This document shows, in pieces, positions 8,296 to 17,236 of a stretch of 24,000 nucleotides of DNA. The position numbers were made by a program, and so were the translations under genes. The stretch comes from Caloramator mitchellensis (GTDB lineage: Bacteria > Bacillota > Clostridia > Clostridiales > Caloramatoraceae): contig NZ_LKHP01000002.1 of the NCBI RefSeq assembly GCF_001440545.1, positions 194,845-218,844 on the forward strand, in the 5' to 3' direction. Positions within the stretch are counted from its first letter, which is position 1. Every line of letters begins with the position of its first letter. Under the pieces are notes generated by a model that ran no database searches, was not told the origin of the DNA, and saw only the letters and a program-made list of their open reading frames with translations.

Positions 8296-8336
8296 ATCAA
8301 CAAGTTTATCCACATACTGTTGATAAACTTGTTGAT
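8296..8336. promoter_or_regulatory. Perfect 15-bp inverted repeat (candidate operator) overlapping the predicted peptidase promoter
   Basis: ATCAACAAGTTTATC (8296-8310) and GATAAACTTGTTGAT (8322-8336) are separated by an 11-nt spacer. The predicted promoter is TTGATA (8320-8325), 18 nt, TATAAT (8344-8349). TTATCCACA (8305-8313) lies at the left-arm/spacer junction. Confidence 0.4.
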
Positions 8337-8379
8337 ATTGGAATATAATAGTAATATATGTAAATGATGGGGTGAGGAA

Positions 8380-9756
8380 ATGAAGAACATTTTGAGCTTA
8401 ATATTTACCCTAATGCTGTTTTTCCAAAGCATTGCATATGCAAATGCATTTAATCCACAGAATGTGTATAACACGATAAGAGAACTAACCCAGGATAAGT
8501 ATGCTGGAAGACTTGCTGGGGATAAAGGAAATGAACTTGCCTGTGAATATGTGAATAAAAAATTTTTAGAAGCTAAATTGCAACCCCTTGGGGATAATAA
8601 ATCCTTCTATCAATATTTTACCGCATATGTTCCTTTTGTTGAGGGGGATATTTCCTTCAAAGTTTTTAATGGTGAAAAATTAGTTAAGGAATACGCCTAT
8701 GGTATTGATTATAAGGAAATATATACAGGGGCATCCGTTGGAGGGTTTGTAAGAGGCAAATTATATTCAGATGAAACCTCAAAGGGTGAGATTTATATTG
8801 GAGTGGATTATCCCTATGAAACGATGTCGACCTATGAATTTGATAAGACCCTTGCAGGAAAGGGAATTAAAGCTGCACTCTATTTTTCTGAAAGGCCTAT
8901 GAACTTTAAAAGCACATATAAAATTCAAAATGAATATAAAGAAGGGCTCATTAAGCTATTGATTGATTCAAGGTTATATGAAGAAATAAGAGATTTTTCA
9001 GATAAGGGATACATATTTGAAATAAAAAGCCCTGTAAAAGTTAAAAAAGTTAAAACAAAAAATATAATTGGAGTTAAAAAAGCTGCATCCTCTGAAAAAC
9101 CACCTATAATTTTTTCCGCCCATATAGACCATGTGGGATACGATGCAGGAGGAAGAATATACCCTGGTGCCCTTGATAATGCCTCAGGTGTTGCATTCAT
9201 GCTTGAAATATTAAACGTTTTAAAGGACGTTGAAACTAATAGAGATATAATTTTTATAGCATTTAACGCTGAAGAGGAAGGACTTATCGGCTCATATTAT
9301 TTTGTTAACAGGCCACCAATAAACATTGAAAATGCAGAATGTATAAACTTTGATATGATTGGCTCTCCAAAGGAAATTCCTCTATCTGCCCTGAGCTCCA
9401 GCCAAAGAAGCGATGAACTTAGTGCATTTGTTAATGAGCAAAACCTTAACAGATTATACGAAGACAACAGCGACCATGCTCCATTCAACATGAGAAACAT
9501 AAGCGCTGTTACGCTCATACATGACGATATGGAAAAGATTCATACAACATTTGATACCATTGAAAATATAGATGTTAAGAAAATAGAAGAGGCATTCGAA
9601 ACTATAGAAAAATATTTATTAGAGCGAGGCATCTTATTGACGAAACCTGAAGAACAGGAAAATGCTAAAAACACATATTTGATTTATGTAGCACTAATCC
9701 CTATTCTTGCTGCAGGTGTATATATTGGTATCAATAGAAAAAAATTTCAAATATAG
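8380..9756 (+). CDS. M28-family zinc aminopeptidase, secreted or membrane-anchored
   Basis: Signal-like N-terminus. M28 metal-ligand blocks are SAHIDHVGY, PGALDNASGVAFMLE, FNAEEEGLIGSYYF, NFDMIG and SDHAPF. There is a C-terminal TM helix. RBS is GGGGTGAGGA. Confidence 0.82.
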   Translation: MKNILSLIFTLMLFFQSIAYANAFNPQNVYNTIRELTQDKYAGRLAGDKGNELACEYVNKKFLEAKLQPLGDNKSFYQYFTAYVPFVEGDISFKVFNGEKLVKEYAYGIDYKEIYTGASVGGFVRGKLYSDETSKGEIYIGVDYPYETMSTYEFDKTLAGKGIKAALYFSERPMNFKSTYKIQNEYKEGLIKLLIDSRLYEEIRDFSDKGYIFEIKSPVKVKKVKTKNIIGVKKAASSEKPPIIFSAHIDHVGYDAGGRIYPGALDNASGVAFMLEILNVLKDVETNRDIIFIAFNAEEEGLIGSYYFVNRPPINIENAECINFDMIGSPKEIPLSALSSSQRSDELSAFVNEQNLNRLYEDNSDHAPFNMRNISAVTLIHDDMEKIHTTFDTIENIDVKKIEEAFETIEKYLLERGILLTKPEEQENAKNTYLIYVALIPILAAGVYIGINRKKFQI

Positions 9757-9764
9757 CTTATTAT

Positions 9765-10118
9765 TTAATATAACTTGCATTTATTTCTCCATAGATAATA
9801 CAACACTATTATTTGTGGCAACAAAATTAGTATTGCTCTTAAAATTGTAACTACATTTATACCCTCAGCAAGAAAATTTAGAACAAGTATTAATATAAGC
9901 AATACCAATACTAAAACATTCATTGAAAGCAAAGAAAAAAATGCCCTGCTTTTTCTTTTATAAATTCCTACCCCATTAATTGCAGTCATAAGCCCAAATA
10001 TAAAAATCAGAAGACTATATATGTCTATATCTTTATTCAGAAAGCCAATGAATAGATTCGGAATAGTCATTATACAAATAAATAAGCCATAAGCTATTAT
10101 CACAAAAGTAAACTTCAT
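9765..10118 (-). CDS. Small hydrophobic membrane protein, function unknown
   Basis: About four predicted TM helices. The start at Met12 of the listed ORF (MKFTFVII...) has RBS GGTGGTGA. The listed start at 10151 has none. Confidence 0.5.
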   Translation of the reverse strand: MKFTFVIIAYGLFICIMTIPNLFIGFLNKDIDIYSLLIFIFGLMTAINGVGIYKRKSRAFFSLLSMNVLVLVLLILILVLNFLAEGINVVTILRAILILLPQIIVLYYLWRNKCKLY

Positions 10119-10185
10119 TTTTTCACCACCATTATTTTCCATATATTTCAATTATAATATATAGCATAATCAATTACAACTTTAA

Positions 10186-10225
10186 AAGCCTCTATTGGGA
10201 TATCTTTTTCACCCAATAGAGGCTT
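10186..10225 (-). terminator. Intrinsic terminator after prfB
   Basis: Perfect 14-bp stem AAGCCTCTATTGGG / CCCAATAGAGGCTT, starting 3 nt after the prfB stop and followed by TTTAAA on the minus strand. Confidence 0.6.
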
Positions 10226-10228
10226 AAA

Positions 10229-11339
10229 TTACTTCTGGCTTTCGGATTTTAAATATGCGTTTATGAACTCATCTATTTCTCCATCCATTACTGCCTGGAT
10301 GTTACCTATTTCAACGCCTGTTCTGTGGTCCTTAACAAGGGTGTATGGCTGGAATACATAGCTTCGAATTTGGCTTCCCCATCCTATATCCTTCTGGTCA
10401 CCTGTTAAGTCCTCAATCTTTTCTTTTCTTTCTCTTTCCTTCATTTCAATGAGCTTTGACTTTAGCATCTTCATAGCCATTTCCCTGTTGGAATGCTGGC
10501 TTCTTTCTGTCTGGCAGGATACAATTATTCCGGTTGGAATGTGGGTAATTCTAATCGCAGATTCAGTCTTGTTTACATACTGACCACCTGCACCGCCTGA
10601 CCTGTAGGTATCAATCTTTAAATCCTCATCCCTTATTTCTATATCCTGTTCTTCTGTAATTTCAGGCAAAACTTCAATTGATGCAAAGGAAGTGTGCCTC
10701 TTTCCTGCTGCATCAAAAGGAGAAATTCTAACAAGCCTGTGAACTCCCTTTTCTGCCTTTAAATAACCATAGGCATATTCTCCTGTTATCTCAAGAGTAA
10801 CGCTCTTTACCCCTGCTTCGTCACCAGGCAGAAAATCCACTGTCTCAACCTTGTATCCTTTTCCTTCTGCCCACCTTGTATACATTCTAAGGAGCATCGA
10901 TGCCCAGTCGCAGGCTTCTGTTCCGCCTGCACCAGCGTGAATAGTCAATATTGCGTTGTTTTTATCATATTCACCAGAGAGCATTGTTTCAATTCTAAAT
11001 GCTTCTATCTTTTTTTCTATGTCCACTCTCTCATTTGTTATTTCTTCAAGATGTGAATAATCCTCTTCCTCATCACAAAGTTCAATAAGAACCTCAAGGT
11101 CTTCAACCCTCTTAAGAAGGCTCTCATACCTGTCTATCTTATCCTTAATGCTCTTTGCTCTTTGAACAACCTTTTGAGCCTCTTCTACATTGCCCCAGAA
11201 GTCTGCGTCCTGCATTTTTTCCTCAAGCTTTGCGTGTTCTTCCTTTAACTTAGCGATGTCAAAGAGAAGCCCCCACTTCGTTTAGGATTTTCTTCATTGG
11301 TTCAATCGCTGAATAATGTTCTTCGAATTGTAAATGCAT
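10229..11339 (-). CDS. prfB: Peptide chain release factor 2, expressed via a programmed +1 frameshift. Frame 0 is 11339-11262 and the +1 frame is 11260-10229.
   Basis: The listed ORF carries the SPF and GGQ motifs (RISPFDAAGKRHTSF, SGGAGGQYVNK) but lacks the N-terminus. Upstream, ATG at 11339 (RBS AGGAAGGTGA) encodes MHLQFEEHYSAIEPMKKILNEVGASL and then CTT TGA C, preceded by an internal SD-like GGGGG. Shifting +1 at CTT-T reads DIAKLKEEHAKLEEK into the listed ORF. Confidence 0.93.
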
Positions 11340-11354
11340 CCTAATCACCTTCCT

Positions 11355-13859
11355 TTACATGTTTCTTCCGCAACAATTCTTATATTTCTTGCCGCTGCCG
11401 CATGGGCAAGGGTCGTTTCTTCCTATTTTGTCGCTCTTTTTAACTGGCTGTTTTTTAACCGAATCGTCATAGTTAGTTGAAGTAGGTTCAGCAACCCTTT
11501 CTCTTTCAACCTTTCTTTCCGGTCTTACTCTAAATAGGAATCTTACAGTTTCTTCTTTTATGCTGTAAATCATCTCATCAAACATGTTCATACCTTCTAT
11601 CTGGTATTCACGAACAGGGTCCTGCTGTCTGTAGGCCCTTAATCCAATTCCCTGCTTTAAGTGTTCCATGGCGTCGATGTGGTCAATCCACTTTGTATCA
11701 ACTGCCCTTAAAAGAACAACCCTTTCAATTTCTCGGAACATGTCTTCTTCGAATTCCTTTTCCTTCTCTTCATAGTCAGCATAAATATGATTCAATATAT
11801 TTTCAAGTATCTCATCCTTTGAGTGCTTTTCAAGTTCGGCTGCATCGAATTCATGATTCAACATGAATACATCTTCTATATATCTTATAAGCGCCTTGAT
11901 ATCCCACTCTTCTCTATGCCTGTCGTCAGTAGCGTGGGCATTTACTATGGATGTAACAACATCCTTTATCATATCTCTTATGCTCTCTCTTAGGTTTTCA
12001 CCCTCTAAAACCTTTCTTCTCTGATTATATATTATTTCTCTTTGTCTATTTAATACGTCGTCAAATTGCAGTAATGATTTTCTTATTTCAAAGTTGTTGG
12101 CTTCTACTCTCTTTTGAGCCTGCTCTATAGCGTTTGAAACCATTCCGCTCTCGATAGGTTCATCATCTGGAAGCCCAAGCTTTGAAACTATATCCTTAAT
12201 TCTATCTGAACCGAATAGTCTCATCAAATCGTCCTCAAGGGATATATAAAATCTTGAACTACCTGGGTCTCCCTGACGTCCAGCACGACCTCTTAGCTGG
12301 TTATCGATTCTTCTTGATTCATGTCTTTCGGTTCCTATTATCTTCAAACCGCCAAGTTCAGCAACACCTTCGCCAAGTTTAATATCCGTTCCACGACCTG
12401 CCATATTAGTTGCTATTGTTACCATGCCCCTTTCACCAGCATGTGCAACTATTTCAGCTTCCTTTTCATGATACTTAGCATTAAGAACCTGGTGAGGAAC
12501 TCCCTTTCTTTTTAGCATATCAGAAATAAGTTCTGATTTTTCAATGCTGATAGTTCCAACCAATACAGGCTGACCTGTTCTGTATGTTTCAACTATCTCA
12601 TCAACAAGCGCATTAAACTTTGCCTTTTCAGTCTTGAAAACTATATCTGGAAGGTCCTTTCTAATCATCGGTCTGTTTGTAGGAATTACAATAACATCAA
12701 GACCATATATTTCTCTAAATTCTACTTCTTCAGTAAGAGCTGTTCCTGTCATACCGGATAGCTTCTCATATAATCTGAAGTAGTTCTGGAATGTTATTGT
12801 AGCAAGAGTCTTTGATTCTCTCTCAATCTTAACTCCTTCCTTTGCCTCAATTGCCTGATGAAGACCATCTGAATAACGTCTTCCATACATAAGTCTTCCA
12901 GTAAACTCGTCAACTATTATTACTTCATCGTCCTTAACAACATAGTCTATGTCCCTTTTCATAAGGTAGTTTGCCTTTAGAGCCTGAATAACATGGTGCT
13001 GTATTTCCATGTTTTGAGGGTCAGCATAGTTTTCGATATTGAAGAATTTTTCAGCCTTCTCAATACCCTTTTCAGTAAGAGTTACTGCATGTTGCTTTTC
13101 ATCAACTTCAAAGTCCCCTTCTTTATTTAGAGTCTTTACGAACATATCCGCAACTGAATAAAGCTTAGTTGACTTTTCTCCCTGACCGGATATTATAAGC
13201 GGGGTTCTTGCTTCGTCGATAAGTATTGAGTCAACTTCGTCGACTATTGCAAAATGTAAATCCCTTTGAACCATTTCTTCTTTGTATATAACCATGTTGT
13301 CTCTTAAGTAGTCAAAACCAAATTCGTTGTTAGTTCCGTATGTTATGTCGCTATTGTATGCCTTCTTTCTTTCCTCTGCGTCTAAATCATGTGTAATAAC
13401 TCCAACAGTTAGCCCTAAGAATTCATAAATCTTTCCCATCCATTCCCTATCACGCTTTGCAAGATAGTCGTTAACTGTAACAACATGAACTCCCTTGCCA
13501 GTTAGCGCATTAAGGTAGGCAGGCAAAGTAGCAACAAGAGTTTTACCTTCACCTGTTTTCATTTCAGCTATTCTTCCTTGGTGTAGGACTATTCCACCTA
13601 TAAGCTGAACCCTGAAGTGCTTCATTCCTAAAGTTCTCCATGCAGCTTCTCTAACAACTGCAAATGCTTCGGGAAGCAAATCATCAAGTGTCTCTCCCCT
13701 TTGAAGTCTTTCTTTAAATTCAAATGTCTTGTTTCTTAATTCCTCATCGGAAAGGCTTTGCATTTTGCTGTCCAAACTTTCTATTTTATCAACAAGCGGC
13801 ATAAGCCTTTTAATTTCTCTTTCGCTATGGCTACCGAATATTTTTTCAAGTAAACCCAC
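11355..13859 (-). CDS. secA: Preprotein translocase ATPase SecA
   Basis: Full-length SecA with Walker [13 protein letters not shown]-like [19 protein letters not shown], and a C-terminal zinc finger [14 protein letters not shown]. The likely start is GTG at 13859 (giving GLLEKIFG) after AAGGAAGGTGG. The listed TTG at 13877 has no SD. Confidence 0.95.
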   Translation of the reverse strand: MGLLEKIFGSHSEREIKRLMPLVDKIESLDSKMQSLSDEELRNKTFEFKERLQRGETLDDLLPEAFAVVREAAWRTLGMKHFRVQLIGGIVLHQGRIAEMKTGEGKTLVATLPAYLNALTGKGVHVVTVNDYLAKRDREWMGKIYEFLGLTVGVITHDLDAEERKKAYNSDITYGTNNEFGFDYLRDNMVIYKEEMVQRDLHFAIVDEVDSILIDEARTPLIISGQGEKSTKLYSVADMFVKTLNKEGDFEVDEKQHAVTLTEKGIEKAEKFFNIENYADPQNMEIQHHVIQALKANYLMKRDIDYVVKDDEVIIVDEFTGRLMYGRRYSDGLHQAIEAKEGVKIERESKTLATITFQNYFRLYEKLSGMTGTALTEEVEFREIYGLDVIVIPTNRPMIRKDLPDIVFKTEKAKFNALVDEIVETYRTGQPVLVGTISIEKSELISDMLKRKGVPHQVLNAKYHEKEAEIVAHAGERGMVTIATNMAGRGTDIKLGEGVAELGGLKIIGTERHESRRIDNQLRGRAGRQGDPGSSRFYISLEDDLMRLFGSDRIKDIVSKLGLPDDEPIESGMVSNAIEQAQKRVEANNFEIRKSLLQFDDVLNRQREIIYNQRRKVLEGENLRESIRDMIKDVVTSIVNAHATDDRHREEWDIKALIRYIEDVFMLNHEFDAAELEKHSKDEILENILNHIYADYEEKEKEFEEDMFREIERVVLLRAVDTKWIDHIDAMEHLKQGIGLRAYRQQDPVREYQIEGMNMFDEMIYSIKEETVRFLFRVRPERKVERERVAEPTSTNYDDSVKKQPVKKSDKIGRNDPCPCGSGKKYKNCCGRNM

Positions 13860-13889
13860 ACTACCACCTTCCTTCAAAACAATACTAAT

Positions 13890-13918
13890 ATTTTAGCATA
13901 ATTTCATCAATTAAACAA
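13890..13918 (-). promoter_or_regulatory. Putative sigma-A promoter for secA
   Basis: The minus strand reads TTGTTT (13918-13913), 17 nt, TGC-TAAAAT (extended -10, 13898-13890). Confidence 0.35.
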
Positions 13919-13937
13919 TTAATTTGAAAATTTACAT

Positions 13938-13961
13938 AAGAAAAAGCACCCGATTGGGTGC
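13938..13961 (-). terminator. Intrinsic terminator after hpf
   Basis: The minus strand reads GCACCC-AATC-GGGTGC followed by TTTTTCTT. Confidence 0.65.
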
Positions 13962-13966
13962 CTTTA

Positions 13967-14503
13967 TTATACTTCTGGTTCTATTATGCCGTAATTTCCA
14001 TCTTTTCTCTTGTAAATTACATTGACTTCCTCAGTATCTGCATTTCTAAATACGAAGAAGCTGTGTCCTAAAAGTTCCATCTCAAGCATTGCTTCTTCAA
14101 GGTCCATTGGCTTAACTGAAAATCTCTTTCTCTTTACAATCTTTCCTTCTTCCTCATCAACATCTCTATCCCTGTATTCTGGAATATCTAAGAATCTTAA
14201 AGTTTCACCATTGTGAACCCTCTTTTGAAGCTTTGTCTTTTGCTTTATAATTTGTCTTTCTATCTTCTCAACTACATTATCTATAGATGAATACATATCA
14301 CCTGTTGATTCTTCACCTCTTAAAATCATTCCATTGAATGGAATTGTAACTTCGATTATCTGTTTGTTCTTTTGAACTGAAAGGAAAACGTGAGCCTCCT
14401 GTTCTGGACTAAAATACCTTTCAAGTTTGCCAAGCTTTTTTTCCACTGTGTCCTTTAAAGCGTCTGTTAACATTATGTTCTTCCCAGTGATCATGAATTT
14501 CAT
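13967..14503 (-). CDS. hpf: Ribosome hibernation promoting factor, long form (RaiA/YfiA/YvyD family)
   Basis: The true start is Met90 of the listed ORF (MKFMITGKNIMLTDALKDTVEKKLGKLERYF...) with RBS AAGGGGT. It has an S30AE-type N-terminal domain and a C-terminal dimerisation domain (PMDLEEAMLEMELLGHSFFVFRNADTEEVNVIYKRKDGNYGIIEP). Confidence 0.92.
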   Translation of the reverse strand: MKFMITGKNIMLTDALKDTVEKKLGKLERYFSPEQEAHVFLSVQKNKQIIEVTIPFNGMILRGEESTGDMYSSIDNVVEKIERQIIKQKTKLQKRVHNGETLRFLDIPEYRDRDVDEEEGKIVKRKRFSVKPMDLEEAMLEMELLGHSFFVFRNADTEEVNVIYKRKDGNYGIIEPEV

Positions 14504-14631
14504 AAGATCTACCCCTTTCAAAGTAAGATAAGGGAAAAATATTTTTCTTATAATAATTTTAATATTTTCTGACAATTTAATCAAGTATTTTTTGTCAAAA
14601 TGTGAAATATGTGAATATGTTGATAAATGTC

Positions 14632-14689
14632 TGTGGATAGTGTGGATAACTTTGTGCATAACTTGAATTTCAATGGTTTTGTATCCACA
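14632..14689. promoter_or_regulatory. Cluster of DnaA-box-like 9-mers upstream of hpf
   Basis: Reverse complements: 14632-14640 gives CTATCCACA, 14641-14649 gives TTATCCACA (perfect), and 14653-14661 gives TTATGCACA (fits TTATNCACA). On the plus strand, 14681-14689 reads GTATCCACA. Confidence 0.45.
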
Positions 14690-14765
14690 GCATTTGTTAG
14701 TAGTAAAAATTATGATTATTGATATTATTTTATGCAAATTAAAAAAATAAATACAAAAAGGACAT

Positions 14766-14974
14766 GGCACTGATTAGCTGACCTGGTCTTTGACCCCACA
14801 CTCGCCTGCTGGAAGTTTTGCTCAAGGTGGTATGCCTCTCACTAATCCTTCTCTCGGTTTTCCCGGCAGGACTTACTTCTAAACCGCACCATGCTCATCA
14901 GACCTTATCTGACTTACGTGGATCGTTTCGCCTGCGGCTGGCATCGACTTTCAACCACAGACCTAATCAGCGCC
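14766..14974 (-). ncRNA. Structured ~209-nt ncRNA, best candidate the raiA-motif RNA (comFC-raiA/hpf intergenic class)
   Basis: A GC-rich island in an AT-rich genome. A closing helix forms between GGCGCTGATTAG (5') and CTAATCAGTGCC (3'). Internal local hairpins include GTGG..TCG..GCC-AGCCGCA-GGC-GAAA-CGA..CCAC and CCTGC/GCAGG. No coding potential is apparent. It lies between comFC and hpf, the context reported for the raiA motif, and a T-rich run follows the 3' end. Confidence 0.6.
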
Positions 14975-14981
14975 ATATCCT

Positions 14982-15674
14982 TTATGTTGCAAATGTTAAA
15001 ACTATTATTTTTTTTGCATTTGATTTTTTAAGAGCTACTGAATTGAAGTGGGCTGTTGCACCGCTTGTAAATACATCATCAACAAGCAAAATGTTCTTAC
15101 CAGACAAATCAGTGCTGCACTTAAAAACTCCTTTTACATTATACCATCTATTTTGGTCTTTGAATAGTGTTTGTGATTTAGTATCCCTTATTTTTTCAAC
15201 GCACTCTAAAACTTTTTTTCCTGTTAAATTGGATATGTTCCTGGCAATTAAACTTGCCTGATTATAGCCCCTTATTCTTATTCTTTTTTTAGAAGATGGA
15301 ACAGGAACTATTATGTCAAAATCTATATTAAAATTATTTATAACATCCACCATAAATTTTGCAAATACATTTGCAAGTTCAACCTTTTCCTTGTATTTTA
15401 ACCTTCTAATCATTTCCTTTGGTAGTCCTTCGTATCTGCATACTGAATAAACTTCGTCAAATTCTACTTTGATTGGATAATTTCTTTGCACCTTGGAAAA
15501 TATTGATTTGTTTAAAACCTCAAAATAACATTCTTTGCATAATCCATAATCATAAACTTCAATCCTTCCGCAGTTTGCACAAACACTTTCTGACGGAAAA
15601 ATTATCTCTAAAAGCCCATCTATAGCTTCACATATTCCTTTTCCCAGGAAACTTTGTTTAAACTTCGTATACAT
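14982..15674 (-). CDS. comFC: ComFC-family phosphoribosyltransferase-like competence protein
   Basis: N-terminal Cys pairs (CANCG...CKEC) and a PRTase motif ILLVDDVFTSGAT. It overlaps the upstream gene by 55 nt. Confidence 0.8.
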   Translation of the reverse strand: MYTKFKQSFLGKGICEAIDGLLEIIFPSESVCANCGRIEVYDYGLCKECYFEVLNKSIFSKVQRNYPIKVEFDEVYSVCRYEGLPKEMIRRLKYKEKVELANVFAKFMVDVINNFNIDFDIIVPVPSSKKRIRIRGYNQASLIARNISNLTGKKVLECVEKIRDTKSQTLFKDQNRWYNVKGVFKCSTDLSGKNILLVDDVFTSGATAHFNSVALKKSNAKKIIVLTFAT

Positions 15675-17227
15675 TTCCTTGCTAAGGATATCTCCTCCGT
15701 TTCATTTTCGGCAACAAATAAAACCTCCCCTATTCTTTTGTTCCTTCCCGTTGACGCCATTGCTGAAATATAGATTAATTTTTCTGCATTAAAATAATTT
15801 GAATGTGCATTTAAAACTATAACATTTATGTCCTCAACCAATTGTCTTGAACATCTTATGTCGCTCGTTATAAAAACGTTTTTGCTGCTTCTTAAAGCCC
15901 TTGCAAAGTCGTCGTATTTAATATCTTTTTCAATTAAATCCATATCAATTCCACAGGAGACTAAAAAATTTAATATTTCCTGATGCCTACTTTCATCCGG
16001 GTAAAATATTACAGTTTTTGTTCCCTCTTTAATCGAAAACTTCAAAACATCTACAGCCATTTGAGGGACAAAAACTTCAAATTCGCTTAAAAATCTTGCA
16101 GTTTCCACTCTAGGTTCGGATATAAGATGGCTCCCATGTGCAAATGGAATATATATTAATTCATTGAAATGTTCTTTATTTCTTAGTGGGTTTGCTGAAA
16201 TATAAATAAATTTTGCCTTATCCTTAGCTGACCTTTTTACAACATAGCCAAAGTCAATATTTTCTTCAAAAGCACTATTTAAATCGTTCAATACTACAAG
16301 GTCGAATGATTTATAAAACCTAATTAAATTTGATTTATAGGCTATAACTATATCAAAATTTCTATAGTCCTCTATATTTTTGTTAGCAATTCCTATTCTT
16401 TTTTTAGTAAATGTATTTGACAGTATAGTATAAACCTCATTTATTTCATTAAAACTTGTAACGTATAAAACCCTTCCGCCTCTTTTAAATACTTCAGCAA
16501 ATGATGAAAAAAGCATCTTAATAGAAAATGAATGTGGAGCACTAAAAATAATGCTGCTAACTTTTTTTGATTTTGTAAATTTTAATATTTCCTGTGAAGC
16601 CTCTTCTTCAATTAAGTTCAATGACGGTTTTTTGTATGAAAAATCATTTAGCATCAAATAATTGTAATTGTCCGCCGCATATAGTAGAACATCATCTTGT
16701 TTAAAGCCAAACAGACACATTTCACATGGTTTTCTCTTGCAAAAATAACATTGCGGTTTGCCCTTGTTTTCTAAAAATGCAGGTGATATTTGTATTCTTC
16801 TTTCGCAGTATAGCATTTGGACTATATCCAAAAGAGTTTCATATTGAATAAAATTTTGCTTTGCAAATTCAACCAATTCTCTAAATGTAAGTATTTTACC
16901 AACTATAGCGCCTTCAACTAATTCAACATCTTTTTTAGAAGGCAGATTATACCCTTCCTTTAACCTTCTTTTCCACATTTCTATGGACTGTTTTTGAAGC
17001 ATAGGGATTGTTCTTTTTCCACTTATCTTAAAAATTTTATCAAACAACCTCGTTGAATACATGTTTTCAATCGATTCCTTTGCCTTATCGATGTCCATCA
17101 ACCCTAAAACTTCAAAATTATCAATCCTTCTTGTTTTCTTTAATATTTCATAATCAACGAGTGGATTAAAGGAAAAATCATATACAGTCCCTCTGCTGCC
17201 ATCTGCCCTATACAGGTAAACTTCCAC
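15620..17227 (-). CDS. ComFA-like SF2 helicase-fold protein with degenerate ATPase motifs
   Basis: GTG start after GAGGTGG. It has a Cys4 cluster CYFCKRKPCEMC. The region collinear with the ComFA motor has SAPHSFSIKML where the Walker A is expected, LVVLNDLNSAF where DExD is expected, and ISANP where SAT is expected. No GK[ST] P-loop occurs anywhere in the 535 aa. Confidence 0.65.
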   Translation of the reverse strand: MEVYLYRADGSRGTVYDFSFNPLVDYEILKKTRRIDNFEVLGLMDIDKAKESIENMYSTRLFDKIFKISGKRTIPMLQKQSIEMWKRRLKEGYNLPSKKDVELVEGAIVGKILTFRELVEFAKQNFIQYETLLDIVQMLYCERRIQISPAFLENKGKPQCYFCKRKPCEMCLFGFKQDDVLLYAADNYNYLMLNDFSYKKPSLNLIEEEASQEILKFTKSKKVSSIIFSAPHSFSIKMLFSSFAEVFKRGGRVLYVTSFNEINEVYTILSNTFTKKRIGIANKNIEDYRNFDIVIAYKSNLIRFYKSFDLVVLNDLNSAFEENIDFGYVVKRSAKDKAKFIYISANPLRNKEHFNELIYIPFAHGSHLISEPRVETARFLSEFEVFVPQMAVDVLKFSIKEGTKTVIFYPDESRHQEILNFLVSCGIDMDLIEKDIKYDDFARALRSSKNVFITSDIRCSRQLVEDINVIVLNAHSNYFNAEKLIYISAMASTGRNKRIGEVLFVAENETEEISLARKCIRSLNKVSWEKEYVKL

Positions 17228-17236
17228 AATACCACC

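Noticed and set aside
8268-8474. 68-aa minus-strand ORF, and ORF 3728-3988 (+)
   Set aside because: They span promoter or intergenic DNA and the 5' or 3' ends of real genes on the other strand. They have no RBS and hydrophobic junk-like products.
14601-14760. Replication origin (DnaA boxes plus an adjacent AT-rich tract)
   Set aside because: No dnaA, dnaN or other origin-proximal genes are nearby. AT-rich spacers are the norm in this genome. The flanking genes continue in the same orientation on both sides, so there is no strand-bias switch. A regulatory DnaA-box cluster is more likely.
14504-14770. 89-codon N-terminal extension of the hpf ORF (MPCPFCIYFFNLHKIISIII...)
   Set aside because: The extension is AT-rich intergenic DNA with odd composition and no RBS. 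It contains the DnaA-box cluster and a plausible promoter (TTGATT-17-TAAAAT, 14584-14556). The conserved HPF N-terminus MKFMITGKN starts at 14503, preceded by AAGGGGT.
14766-14974. Alternative identities for the structured RNA: 6S RNA, SRP RNA, tmRNA, RNase P RNA
   Set aside because: - 6S RNA should fold as one long rod with a central bubble, whereas this RNA has several local hairpins inside the closing helix.
- There is no SRP domain-IV motif.
- There is no tRNA-like GGGG...CCACCA ends or tag ORF, as tmRNA would have.
- It is too short for RNase P and lacks its conserved blocks.

The comFC-hpf context favours the raiA motif. This needs a covariance-model search to confirm.
14818-15261. 147-aa plus-strand ORF
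   Set aside because: It overlies the structured ncRNA and then runs antisense to the comFC PRTase domain. It has no RBS and a low-complexity product.
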